DNA of 64,000 bases, from the NCBI GenBank assembly GCA_028066595.1, contig JALCBJ010000021.1, positions 3,543 through 67,542 of the forward strand, written 5' to 3'. The stretch comes from Thermoanaerobaculia bacterium (GTDB lineage: Bacteria > Acidobacteriota > Thermoanaerobaculia > Multivoradales > J023). Of the stretch, positions 9,968 to 19,763 are shown piece by piece. The position numbers were made by a program, and so were the translations under genes. Below the pieces are notes generated by a model, which saw only the letters and a program-made list of their open reading frames with translations, did no database searches and was not told where the DNA came from. The first letter of the stretch is position 1; each line of letters opens with the position of its first letter.

Positions 9968-10236
9968 GTGGGGATCCTCCTGGGGATCGGTAACCGGTCG
10001 GGCCTGGCGTGGAGCGGCCCGGAGCTAGTCGTCGAAGGTCATCCACCCCATCGAACGTAGATGATGCCGCAGCGACCCACTCCTGTCAAGGGGCATTGCG
10101 GAGATCGATCGCCCATGTGGAGCTCGCCGATGCTCCGACACGACTCCTCGACGTGCGGTCGGCTACTCAGCGGCTCACCACTCCTACACTCGTCTCGAAA
10201 GAATGTCTCTTTCGAGATGAACTTGGCGCAATTATC

Positions 10237-10443
10237 TCAGCAGACTTCGATCTCCGCCCAAGAAGAGCAAACATCCACCATATGATCCGGCTCCTCCTGG
10301 GCCATGGCTTCATCTGTGAAACGACGAAGCTCTCTGTCGTCGATGCGCTGTTTGCGCATCGCGGCGCGGACAGCGCTCACCAGGGCCAGGGGATTCCTGC
10401 TGTGTAGCCGAACGTGGATCTCGGGATATCGGGGCATGATCAT
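10237..10443 (-). CDS. Small hypothetical protein (68 aa)
   Basis: The composition is protein-like with a beta-alpha-alpha-alpha-beta pattern (PEIHVRL..PLALVSAVRAAMRKQ..ELRRFTDEAMAQ..AEIEV). The SD is weak and I recognise no family. Confidence 0.4.
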   Translation of the reverse strand: MIMPRYPEIHVRLHSRNPLALVSAVRAAMRKQRIDDRELRRFTDEAMAQEEPDHMVDVCSSWAEIEVC

Positions 10444-10661
10444 GGTGACCTACTTTGCAGCCTTCATTCTATTAGACGCACGAAGCACATATTTCGTTCG
10501 CATCGTTGGCGATATTTCCGAATCTTTCTTGGGAAGGCAGAGGTAGCGAAGCCATCCTCTCTCCCAAACGAGTGACAGAATCGAAGAACCGAGTCGAACA
10601 CGAATGGGAGGTCTCCATAGAACCTCCTATGCCCAGATCACACCAACGGTTACAGAGAACC

Positions 10662-12134
10662 ATGACACTCGCCGCAAAAACTCAGCCCCCGCTCCGAGCT
10701 CATAGCCCAGACATGGCACGCCTGTTCGAGATCGAAGCGGTCGAGGGTGAGCGCCACCTCCGCCTGCAGGCCGGCAGCGTACCCGCTTGGATCCACGGTC
10801 AGTACTACGTCAACGGACCCGGGCGATTCGGACGCGGTGGCCGGAACTACCGTCACTGGCTCGACGGCGACGGGCTGGTGACCCGCGTGGGTTTCAGCGA
10901 GGGCCAGGTCGAGTGCACGAGCCGATTCGTTCGGTCCAAGAAATGGTGTGACGAAGAGGAAGCCAGCGAAGCCCTCTACAGGACCTTCGGCACAGCCTGG
11001 GATGGCGACCGGCTACGCCGCGGCATCGCCCTCGAAGGACCCGCAAACGTCAGTGCCTGGCGGTGGCAGGACGCCTTGCTGGCCTTCGGCGAGCAAGGTC
11101 TGCCCTACGAGCTCGACCCGAGGAGTCTCGAGACCCGCGGTGAGTATACGTTCGGTGGCCGCCTCAGCGCGGTGTCGCCACTTTCGGCTCATCCTCATTT
11201 CGACCGCGCGACCGGAGAGCAGTTCAACTTCGGCATCTCTTTCGCCAAGCGCAACCCGAGCTTCACTCTCTACCGCTTCCTGGCGGACGGCCAGCTCGCG
11301 TACCGCAAACGGCTGCCCATCCCGTTTCCCGCCTCGGTCCACGACTTCATGCTGGCGCCCCGCCACGTCCTCTTCTATGTCAGCCCCCACATCCTCGACG
11401 TCGACGCACTCATGAAGCGGAACGGTAGCGTGATGGACGGCTTGACATGGTGTCCACAGGAGCGGAGCCGTTTGATCGTCGCGGCGAGGGAGACCGGGGA
11501 ATGGTTGGCCGAGATCGAGCTGACTCCCAAGCATCTGAACGGCCAAGAGGCGCGCTACTGCCTACATCTGATCAACGCCTGGGAAGAAGAAGATCAGCTA
11601 CATCTCGACCTGATCGAGCTCGATCGCCCGGTCTATGAGCAATACCAGCCTCTACACGAGCTATTCACCGACGATCCCCAGGGACGCGCGAAACGGTACA
11701 CCCTGACACCCTCCAGCTGGGACATCGTCGAGATTCGAGAACACGGCTTCGAGGCCTCGATGGACTTCCCTTCGCTGGATCCGAATCATGACCAAATGTC
11801 CTATGACGACCTCTGGCTGCTTTCGATGTCGCAGTCGGGACGACCGGGACCCAAATTCTTCGACCAGCTGACGCGCATTCGCTGGTCGACGGACGAGGCG
11901 CTGTCGTGGCGGGCTCCGGAAGGGACCTACTTGGGCGGTGAGCCCGTCTATGTCGCCCATCCGGTCGACGAGAGCCGGGGCTGCATCTTCACCCAGTTCT
12001 TCGACGCCAGCTCGGAACAGGGTGGATTTCTTCTCTTCGATGCCCGAGATGTCGAAAGCGGACCCATCGCTCACCTGACCCTAGACCACCCCATTCCGCT
12101 CGGGTTTCACGCCTCGTTCGAGCTTCGAGAATAG
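10662..12134 (+). CDS. Carotenoid oxygenase family (RPE65/CCD/lignostilbene dioxygenase-like) non-haem iron dioxygenase
   Basis: YYVNGPGRF and HWLDGDGLV are present. The four His iron-ligand contexts are SAHPHFD, SVHDFML, HLINAWEE and LGFHASF. The start is uncertain: ATG 10662 or 10713, with the ORF open from 10506. Confidence 0.82.
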   Translation: MTLAAKTQPPLRAHSPDMARLFEIEAVEGERHLRLQAGSVPAWIHGQYYVNGPGRFGRGGRNYRHWLDGDGLVTRVGFSEGQVECTSRFVRSKKWCDEEEASEALYRTFGTAWDGDRLRRGIALEGPANVSAWRWQDALLAFGEQGLPYELDPRSLETRGEYTFGGRLSAVSPLSAHPHFDRATGEQFNFGISFAKRNPSFTLYRFLADGQLAYRKRLPIPFPASVHDFMLAPRHVLFYVSPHILDVDALMKRNGSVMDGLTWCPQERSRLIVAARETGEWLAEIELTPKHLNGQEARYCLHLINAWEEEDQLHLDLIELDRPVYEQYQPLHELFTDDPQGRAKRYTLTPSSWDIVEIREHGFEASMDFPSLDPNHDQMSYDDLWLLSMSQSGRPGPKFFDQLTRIRWSTDEALSWRAPEGTYLGGEPVYVAHPVDESRGCIFTQFFDASSEQGGFLLFDARDVESGPIAHLTLDHPIPLGFHASFELRE

Positions 12135-12217
12135 GCGGCCCTTCCTTGGCTCGCAGCCGCGAGGCAAGCAGTCCGAGGATACCGGCAGGTCTGACGCGGC
12201 CGGATGAAGATCAGCGG

Positions 12218-13147
12218 CTAGGCCTTCATGGTCAAGACCGGGCAGCGTGCCAGGCGCACGACACGCTCGGTGACACTGCCCAGGAGAAAATGCTCCAAGC
12301 CGGTGAGCCCGTGGGTGGCGAGAACGATCATCGCTGCATCGGCCTGCGACGCGTAGTCCACCACCGCCGGGGCCGGCGAGCCCTCCAGGACTTCGAAGTG
12401 AGCCTCGACTTCAGGCCCGGCAACCTCTTCCAAGAGCTCCCTCAACGCCACACCGATCTTCTCGGCCGCCTGCGGAAAGCTGTAATCGAGCGCCCGGTTG
12501 TAGAGGGGCTGGTAGGGGTGGGCGAAGGTGGGATGCTCCAATACATGGACTATGTCCAGCCGGGCGCCATAGGTCTGTGCCATGACTCGCGCTACGGCCA
12601 CTGCGGCAGCAGACTCCTGAGAGAAGTCCACCGGCGCAACCACCTGCGTCGGAACGCGCAGCGGATCCTGCCCGTCCGCATGGAGGGTCAACACCGGGCT
12701 GGACGCCGTGCGCACGACCTCTTCCGCCACGCTTCCGAGGAAGAAGCGACGTACACCACGCCGACCATGGCTGCCCATGACCACCAAGTCGATCTCGTGT
12801 TCGATCGCGAAGCGCACGATCTCGGGAGCCGCACTGACGGCGCGCTCCAGGTGTTCACGGATGCGTAAGGTTCGGCCCTGCTCCCCGGACAGCAGGTCCT
12901 TCATCTCGCTTTGCGCTACCTTGACCAGCTCGAAGTAGATCTCGTCGCCGTCGGGAAAGTGGTACTCGGGGTTGAACGGATCGTCGTTATGCAACTCCAC
13001 CACATGCAACAGGTGAAGCTCGGCGTTGTGCCGGTTGGCCAAGAAGATCGCCCGGGTGAGGGCAGACCGCGAGCTAGCGGAGAAGTCCGTCGGATGGAGG
13101 ATCTTGCGCACGGAGAAGATCTCCGAGCTCTCTGTTGCCTGTGACAT
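12218..13147 (-). CDS. Universal stress protein, tandem UspA domains
   Basis: Two USP domains, each ending in the G-x2-G-x9-G(S/T) type motif (GSHGRRGVRRFFLGSVAEEVV, ATHGLTGLEHFLLGSVTERVV). ATG at 13147 is preferred because the upstream ORF extension is Arg-rich junk. Confidence 0.85.
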   Translation of the reverse strand: MSQATESSEIFSVRKILHPTDFSASSRSALTRAIFLANRHNAELHLLHVVELHNDDPFNPEYHFPDGDEIYFELVKVAQSEMKDLLSGEQGRTLRIREHLERAVSAAPEIVRFAIEHEIDLVVMGSHGRRGVRRFFLGSVAEEVVRTASSPVLTLHADGQDPLRVPTQVVAPVDFSQESAAAVAVARVMAQTYGARLDIVHVLEHPTFAHPYQPLYNRALDYSFPQAAEKIGVALRELLEEVAGPEVEAHFEVLEGSPAPAVVDYASQADAAMIVLATHGLTGLEHFLLGSVTERVVRLARCPVLTMKA

Positions 13148-13439
13148 TCGATCTCCCTTCGTCACATCGGCTGGGGTTCGCGGAAGACGAGACCACATGA
13201 AAAGTCTGGCAGGCCACCTTCGATGCGTCGTCACCCGCCGGGGTAGGGAACCACCGGCTCGCCGGGTGGTGTCTTCGATCCGGTCTCCTGTTCGCAAAGT
13301 CCGTTGACCCTTGGCCTGGTTCTTGACCACTCTGCCGGTGATCCTTGTCCTCTAGATAGCCCTGCTATTCCTGGTCGTAGCGCTCTGGCAGGCCCACGAA
13401 GTCGTCTGAGCGCAAAGCCGGCGCCCCTATACTGCACCG

Positions 13440-14597
13440 ATGCATATCGACCCCCGAGACGTCGAGATCTGCGTCCACGACCAACCGATCGGCGAGCCAC
13501 CCCACCCGACCTCGGTGCCGGTGTTTCAGACCTCGCTCTTCTCGTTCCCATCCCTCGAGGCGCTGGGCGAGGGGTTTCTGACCGAGAGCCGTACCCACGT
13601 CTACAGCCGCGGCCAGAACCCGACCGTGGAAGAGCTGGAGCGCAAGCTGGCCACGCTCGAGCGGGGCGAACGGTGCAAGGCCTTCTCGTCCGGCATGGCG
13701 GCGATCAGCGCAGTCTTCTTCGGGTTGTTGAGGGCAGGCGATCACGTTGTCTTCGTGAACCAGATCTACGGCCCTACTTTGCAGCTGGCGCGTCAGTTTC
13801 GACGCTTTGACGTAGAGCACGATGTAGTGCTGGAGCTCGATCCCGATGCGGTCGAGAGAGCGATCCGTCCCGAAACGCGGCTGATCTGGGTGGAGAGTCC
13901 AGGGACGATGTTGTTTCGGCTCGTCGACCTGGAGGCCATCGCCGGACTGGCCCGCAGCCGAGGCATCCTCTCCGCCATCGACAACACGTGGGCGACGCCT
14001 CTGCTACAGAAGCCTGTTCTCCTCGGTTTCGATCTCGTGATGCACACCGCCACCAAGTACATCGGTGGTCACAGCGACGTGATGGCGGGTGCGCTGATCA
14101 CGACAGAGCAGCGCATGGAAACGATCTTCCGGCGTGCCTACTTGTTACAAGGTGGCGCCCTCGGCCCGTGGGACGCCTGGCTGCTGTTGCGCGGCCTGCG
14201 CACCTTGCCCCAACGCTTGCGACACCAAGAGGAAGCTGCGCTCGACCTGGCTCGATGGCTGGAGGAACACTCCGCCGTGGCTTCGGTGCACCACCCGGCG
14301 CTCACCGCCGACGCCGAGCTGGCCGGTCGTCAGATGACCGGCTTCGCCGGCGTGTTCTCCTTCGTGCTGAGGGACGGTCGTTGGCAGAACGTGTGCCGTG
14401 TGGTCGACGGCTTACGCAAGTTCCGCATCGGGGTCAGTTGGGGAGGCGTCGACAGTCTCGTGCTGGCACCCAAACCCTTTCCGGGTTCGGAGACACAGCG
14501 GAAGCAGAGTCTGCCGCCAGGGCTGGTTCGCCTGTCCGTCGGCCTGGAGGATGTGGAAGCTCTGCGCTCGGACCTGTCCCAAGCCCTGAGTAGATGA
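13440..14597 (+). CDS. Cys/Met-metabolism PLP-dependent enzyme (cystathionine gamma-synthase/beta-lyase family)
   Basis: SSGMAAI, DNTWATP and HTATKYIGGHSDV (PLP lysine). The length is typical of the family. Confidence 0.85.
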   Translation: MHIDPRDVEICVHDQPIGEPPHPTSVPVFQTSLFSFPSLEALGEGFLTESRTHVYSRGQNPTVEELERKLATLERGERCKAFSSGMAAISAVFFGLLRAGDHVVFVNQIYGPTLQLARQFRRFDVEHDVVLELDPDAVERAIRPETRLIWVESPGTMLFRLVDLEAIAGLARSRGILSAIDNTWATPLLQKPVLLGFDLVMHTATKYIGGHSDVMAGALITTEQRMETIFRRAYLLQGGALGPWDAWLLLRGLRTLPQRLRHQEEAALDLARWLEEHSAVASVHHPALTADAELAGRQMTGFAGVFSFVLRDGRWQNVCRVVDGLRKFRIGVSWGGVDSLVLAPKPFPGSETQRKQSLPPGLVRLSVGLEDVEALRSDLSQALSR

Positions 14598-14778
14598 GCA
14601 ATGCTCCAATGTATCCCCCCAACTCCCGAGGGCTTTGGGGGGATCGATGGAGCTCTGGTCACGGGTCGATGGAGAAAGCCATCGGCGGAGAAGACCATGA
14701 ACGCTGCGACGGGAGCCGGCAGATGAACCGGCCGGTCGGCCTCGGGCGCCGTCCCGAGGCGTCAAGCTCCGCTCTTGT

Positions 14779-16686
14779 TCAGGAGCTCTTCGGAGACGCG
14801 GGGCCCGACGGCGAAGCCGTCTCCACCACTCTGGATGTGATCTCCGTCTGCCAACGCAATCTCAGCGAACCAGACCGTGGCGTCTGGCTTCGGACCTCCC
14901 GTGCCTTCTCCTGCAAGCGGCGCGAGACCGGCAGCACCATGGGTTCCGGATGCCATCGGATCGTTCGACCGCTCGCTTCGTCGACGACGAGCCCCTTCGC
15001 CACGGCCTGCGTCGCTTCCGCGAAGGAGATCGATTGGCTGCGGAAAAAGCCGAGGAGCGCTTCGAACCGATCTTGCGTCTCTGGATGCAGAAAGTGCATG
15101 TGACTGCTGCCGTAGGCCGCGACATGGAACTGCGATGGAACGAAGACGAGACCATCTAGGTGCAGGCGCTCGCAGGCGACGATCAGGAGCGCTACCAGGT
15201 CGCCGAGCATGCCGAGCCCCGGATGTTGTTGGCCGGGGAGGCGGGGTCGGTTAGCGCTGAACTCGGCTCGAGGGTTCTGCATCAGCAGCCACTCCACCGA
15301 CAAGAGCTCGATGCCGGGCAACGTGCGACGATCGCGTCCGAGCCTCAGCTCGCAGAGTAGCTCGGTCTTCTCGAGATCGCCGAAGATGCGCACGGTCTGG
15401 CCTCCCGGATCATCGAGTTGAAACTCGAGCGTCGGATGGGTGAAACCGAGATCGCGAAGCCGATCGAGGAATCCTGTCCGCTCCAGGACCAGCTCGACAC
15501 CGTGACGGCTATAGAAGCCGAGGAACCTCGTTTCACGGCCGCCGCTCCAACCGGGGAGCATCAAGTCCTCATCCGTCAAGCCGAACTCGTTGTCGCCCCC
15601 GGTGGACGCGCCACCGGAAAGCTCGGATGGATCGAAGAAGGACGCCAGGTAGCGATATCGCTTCAGCGTGATGACCTCGGTCGGCGGCGGCTCGACCGGT
15701 TGACCGGGTTGTTCCAGATCGGAGAGGAAACGGGCGGTGTAGCGCCAGGCAAGATCGCCATAGCCTCCAGCCAAAAGTATGACCAGCGGGGCTCCGGTCT
15801 GTTGTGTCAGCTGACACACTCGGCGGTCGCGCTGCAACATCGCCCGGGCGCTGATCCTCCAGTCACCCAGGACGTCGTCTTTCGCCGGGTCGCTGCCGGC
15901 CAGATAGAAGACCAATTGGGGTCGGTACCTGTCGAATACTGGTGGCAAGTACTTCTCCAGCGCGGCGAGGTAGTCCTCGTCCCCCACTCGATCGCCCAGG
16001 GCGACCGCGGTCGACTCTGCTGCCTCGATCTGGTCGTCCGACCAGTGCCGAGCATGGATCGAGAAGGTATGAACTGTTTCGTCCTGCGCGAAGAAGGCGC
16101 GGGTACCGTCACCGTCGTGGAGATCCAAGTCGACCACCAGGACTCGACGCTTCGAGCCGCTCCTGCGCAGCTCCGAAACGGCAACGGCGACGTCGTTGAA
16201 CAGGCAAAAGCCGCCGCCCCGATCCGGATGAGCGTGGTGGTATCCACCCCCAAGGTTGGCGGCAACACCGGCCCGCAGACCACGACGCAACGAATGCTTG
16301 CGGGCACGCCGCAGGGCCGACAAGGTGCCGCCCACCTGGAGGCGCTGGAAATCGATGAGCCGATCGACCATGGCCGGAGGCACCTCCGAGCCGACGATCG
16401 ACGTGACGACGGACGGGTCGTGCAGCGAGTCGAGATACTCAGCCGTGTGCACCCGCTCCAGGGCTTTCAGCGAAACCGGCTCAGGACGATGGACGTGACG
16501 CCGGAGCACCAGACCCTCCGCTGCCAGGAAGGCCACGATGCGTTCTGCCCGCAACGCATCCGACGGTATGTCGGTGAAGGCATGGTTGTACTGTTCGTGG
16601 TAGACGACCTCCAGCCGGCCTCCGGTCAACCGACGCCGCAGCTTTCGCGCGGTCTTGCGTATGGGCCTAGGCAGGTAGTCGAGCAT
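14779..16686 (-). CDS. Histone deacetylase-family (Zn amidohydrolase) domain fused to ~300-aa uncharacterised C-terminal domain
   Basis: GGGYHHAHPDRGGGFCLFNDVAVA and VVDLDLHDGDGT sit in the N-terminal ~330 aa. ATG at 16686 (MLDYLP). No motif was recognised in the C-terminal half. Confidence 0.8.
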   Translation of the reverse strand: MLDYLPRPIRKTARKLRRRLTGGRLEVVYHEQYNHAFTDIPSDALRAERIVAFLAAEGLVLRRHVHRPEPVSLKALERVHTAEYLDSLHDPSVVTSIVGSEVPPAMVDRLIDFQRLQVGGTLSALRRARKHSLRRGLRAGVAANLGGGYHHAHPDRGGGFCLFNDVAVAVSELRRSGSKRRVLVVDLDLHDGDGTRAFFAQDETVHTFSIHARHWSDDQIEAAESTAVALGDRVGDEDYLAALEKYLPPVFDRYRPQLVFYLAGSDPAKDDVLGDWRISARAMLQRDRRVCQLTQQTGAPLVILLAGGYGDLAWRYTARFLSDLEQPGQPVEPPPTEVITLKRYRYLASFFDPSELSGGASTGGDNEFGLTDEDLMLPGWSGGRETRFLGFYSRHGVELVLERTGFLDRLRDLGFTHPTLEFQLDDPGGQTVRIFGDLEKTELLCELRLGRDRRTLPGIELLSVEWLLMQNPRAEFSANRPRLPGQQHPGLGMLGDLVALLIVACERLHLDGLVFVPSQFHVAAYGSSHMHFLHPETQDRFEALLGFFRSQSISFAEATQAVAKGLVVDEASGRTIRWHPEPMVLPVSRRLQEKAREVRSQTPRSGSLRLRWQTEITSRVVETASPSGPASPKSS

Positions 16687-16792
16687 CACGTGCCCATTAT
16701 TGCCGGACCCAGCTCCTCGAACCACGGGTTGCAGGACCCGCGTACCGTTTTGACTCGGGGCTGGCGGAGGAGTACAATTCGCGGTCCCTCGG

Positions 16793-16885
<93 letters not shown>

Positions 16886-16974
16886 CACCGCCGAAACGCG
16901 CCGTCGGCCTTTCTTGGGAAGGCTCTTCGCACTGGCCGCGACCTCCAGCATCGACCTCAAGGCATGAGGAATCC

Positions 16975-18534
16975 TTGCATCATTTCTTGATCAACTTCGG
17001 CGGTGAGATCACGGTCAAAGGTCGTCGCACCCGCGAGAGCTTCGTCCGGAGGCTGGAGCACAACCTGCGCGACGCTCTCGACGCCCACGGACACAGTGAC
17101 GCGGTTCTCCGGCGCGAATGGACGCGGATTTTCGTCTCGTCGTCCGAGCCCGAGCTGGCGCCACTGCTGTCGCGCGTCTTCGGCGTTCAGTCAGTGGCGC
17201 GGGCCGAGGTTCGTCCATGGCGCGACTTCGAGCACTTGGTGAGTCTCGGAAGCGAGTTGTTCCTGGATGTCGTACGCGGCCGAACCTTCGCCGTGCGTGC
17301 GCGCCGCGGAGCCGAGGCGACGCGTATCCCCTTCAAGTCTCCCGATGTCGAGAGAGCGATCGGCAGTCGTCTTCTGGAGCAATCCGCTGGGGTCGACCTG
17401 GAGGCTCCCGAGGTGGTCGTCCGAATCGAGCTGCACGGAGACGAGGCATGGTTCTTTCACCAGCGGGCCGACGGACCGGGTGGCCTTCCGGCGGGAACCG
17501 AGGGCCGGGCACTCGCATTGCTTTCCGGCGGCTTCGATTCACCGGTCGCGGCCTGGCGCATGATGCGACGCGGACTTCGACTCGACTACGTGTTCTTCAA
17601 TCTCGGTGGTGACGAACACCGCGACCGTGTGCTGGATGTGGCGAAGATCCTGTCGGACCGTTGGTCGTTCGGCTATCGTCCAAAGCTCCATCTCATCGAT
17701 CTGCGGGAAGCAGCCCAGGAGCTGAAACAGCAGACACCGCCTCGGCTCTGGCAAGTCCTCTTGAAGCGTCGCATGCTCGCGATCGCCGAGCGCATGGCGT
17801 GGGCCCTGCGCGCCCGCGGGTTGGTCACCGGCGACGCCCTCGGACAGGTCTCGTCACAGACGCTGTCCAACCTGGGAGTCGTCCAGCACGACACACGACT
17901 TCCCGTCTTGCGTCCACTGGTGGGCGCCTGCAAGGACGAGATCTTCGTCGACGCCCGCCGCATGGACACCTACGACGCCTCCTCCAAAGTACCCGAATAT
18001 TGCGGACTCACACCGGAGGACGGATCGAGTGTCGCGGCGACCCACAGTACCGTGGAAGAAGTCCAGCAGGCAGAGCGCGCCCTGGACCCGCACTTGCCGA
18101 GCCGTTTGCTCGACGAGCGGGCCACCTTCGACCTGCGCGCGCTGGATCTGGCGCGGGCCCGATCGACGAATCTGGCGATCGAAGATCTGGATGCGCTCGG
18201 CGAGGAGCTGGATCGCGTCGTCTGGATCGACCTGCGCTCCCGCGCTGCGTACGAGGCATGGCATCTCGGTGACGAGGGCTCAGGCCAGTCCAAACATCTG
18301 GCTTTCCCGGCCGTCCTCGACACATTCCGATCCCTCGATCCGGATAGAGACTACGTGACCTACTGCGAGGTCGGTCTCAAGAGCGCCCAGCTGGCGGCGG
18401 CGATGGTCGAAGCCGGATATCGCGCACGACACGTGGCGGGAGGCTCGCATCGCGCGCTGCGCTGGGCCGAGCGGCGACACGACCCGGCATTGCGCGCTGC
18501 CCTGTCGCCGGTGCTTCTCGACGATTCGAGGTGA
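16975..18534 (+). CDS. thiI: tRNA 4-thiouridine(8) synthase ThiI with C-terminal rhodanese domain
   Basis: THUMP-type N-terminus, PP-loop LLSGGFDSPVAAW, and a C-terminal rhodanese with YCEVGLKS. TTG start follows GAGGA. Confidence 0.88.
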   Translation: MHHFLINFGGEITVKGRRTRESFVRRLEHNLRDALDAHGHSDAVLRREWTRIFVSSSEPELAPLLSRVFGVQSVARAEVRPWRDFEHLVSLGSELFLDVVRGRTFAVRARRGAEATRIPFKSPDVERAIGSRLLEQSAGVDLEAPEVVVRIELHGDEAWFFHQRADGPGGLPAGTEGRALALLSGGFDSPVAAWRMMRRGLRLDYVFFNLGGDEHRDRVLDVAKILSDRWSFGYRPKLHLIDLREAAQELKQQTPPRLWQVLLKRRMLAIAERMAWALRARGLVTGDALGQVSSQTLSNLGVVQHDTRLPVLRPLVGACKDEIFVDARRMDTYDASSKVPEYCGLTPEDGSSVAATHSTVEEVQQAERALDPHLPSRLLDERATFDLRALDLARARSTNLAIEDLDALGEELDRVVWIDLRSRAAYEAWHLGDEGSGQSKHLAFPAVLDTFRSLDPDRDYVTYCEVGLKSAQLAAAMVEAGYRARHVAGGSHRALRWAERRHDPALRAALSPVLLDDSR

Positions 18535-18965
18535 GCGCCATGGACACCATGTCGCTCGATGTGTTCCGTCTGCTCTTCGATTTCGGCCTGGTGATTCTGA
18601 TCTGGCTCGTACAGCTCATCATCTACCCGAGCTTTCGATACATCGACCGGGCCAAACTGGGGCACTGGCACGCACGCTACACGGTGCTGATCTCGTCGGT
18701 CGTGGTACCCCTCATGCTGGGCCAAGCATTGGTCGTGGGACTTCAGGTGTGGCAACGGGGCGGTGCCCTGGACTGGATGTCGGCAGCGCTCCTCGGACTG
18801 GTCTGGTTGGTGACCTTCTCCCGAGCCGTACCTCTTCACGACCGAATCGCTCGACATGCCGAACCCGACTCCCATCTGGAAGCATTGGTTCGCTGGAACT
18901 GGGCCCGCACCGTCCTCTGGACGGTTATCTTCATTGCTGGATGGTGGTCGGCCGGCGGGCGCTAG
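18531..18965 (+). CDS. Small 4-TM membrane protein (DUF1772/anthrone-oxygenase-like, tentative)
   Basis: The start overlaps the thiI stop (GTGA). There are four hydrophobic helices. The family assignment is from memory of the general pattern only. Confidence 0.45.
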   Translation: MSAMDTMSLDVFRLLFDFGLVILIWLVQLIIYPSFRYIDRAKLGHWHARYTVLISSVVVPLMLGQALVVGLQVWQRGGALDWMSAALLGLVWLVTFSRAVPLHDRIARHAEPDSHLEALVRWNWARTVLWTVIFIAGWWSAGGR

Positions 18966-19010
18966 AATGTTCCTCGACGGGCGTGCCGCAACCTATGCGC
19001 GGGAGGAATC

Positions 19011-19727
19011 ATGGCGGAGTACGAGGAACAAGACGCATCCGACAGAGCGGACGATTCGGTGGACCAGGCGTTCGAGGCTCGAGCCAACTTTGCCACCGAG
19101 GCATCGGACGGTTTGCCGAGCCAGGGGCTCCTGAGCTTCTACGACCGACTCCGTAGCAGGTTGGAGAGCTATCTCGGTAAACACGGCGGCGCGGCAGGCG
19201 ACAAGGTATCCGAGGCTCTGCTGCTGGTACCCGACGTGTTCATATTCTTGCTGCGTTTGTTGTTGGACCCAGAAGTGCCCAAGGCCAAACGCGCGCTGAT
19301 CGGCTCGGCCATCGCGTACTTTGTGTTGCCTGTCGACCTCCTACCCGAGGCCATGATCGGTCCCGCCGGTTTCGTCGACGACCTGGTCTTGGCCCTCGCC
19401 GTGCTATCTCAGAGCTTCGGCTCCGATCTCGAGCCCTGGGCAGGCAAGTACTGGAGCGGCTCCCAAAGCCTGCGCAAGGTGCTACGCGACGTGCTGCAGA
19501 GCGCACACGGTCTCCTGGGCACGGATCTCCACCACAAACTGCGCAGAGCACTCGCCAAACGGGGCATCGACCTGGACGATGCAGCCGACGTGTTGACCGT
19601 CCAACGGGACGAGACGGAAGACCGAAGGGAAAAAGAGAGCTGGAACGGGGGAACCGACCGCGGCTACGACGATCCCTACACCGACCCATACGACAGCTCG
19701 GTCGGTAAGGAGCCTCTCTCCGCCTGA
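19011..19727 (+). CDS. DUF1232 (YkvA-like) membrane protein
   Basis: Core motif IAYFVLPVDLLPEAMIGPAGFVDDLVLA, with acidic N- and C-terminal tails. Confidence 0.65.
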   Translation: MAEYEEQDASDRADDSVDQAFEARANFATEASDGLPSQGLLSFYDRLRSRLESYLGKHGGAAGDKVSEALLLVPDVFIFLLRLLLDPEVPKAKRALIGSAIAYFVLPVDLLPEAMIGPAGFVDDLVLALAVLSQSFGSDLEPWAGKYWSGSQSLRKVLRDVLQSAHGLLGTDLHHKLRRALAKRGIDLDDAADVLTVQRDETEDRREKESWNGGTDRGYDDPYTDPYDSSVGKEPLSA

Positions 19728-19763
19728 CGCTCGCGCAGCCGACGCGTTGCCGCGCCGTCGGTG

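Noticed and set aside
13148-13439. SAM/S-box riboswitch upstream of the Cys/Met PLP enzyme (and at 30323-30440 upstream of metX)
   Set aside because: I could not find the conserved SAM-I core elements (for example GAGGGA...GCAACC) or a terminator/antiterminator arrangement by eye. An Infernal scan would be needed to exclude the other SAM riboswitch classes.
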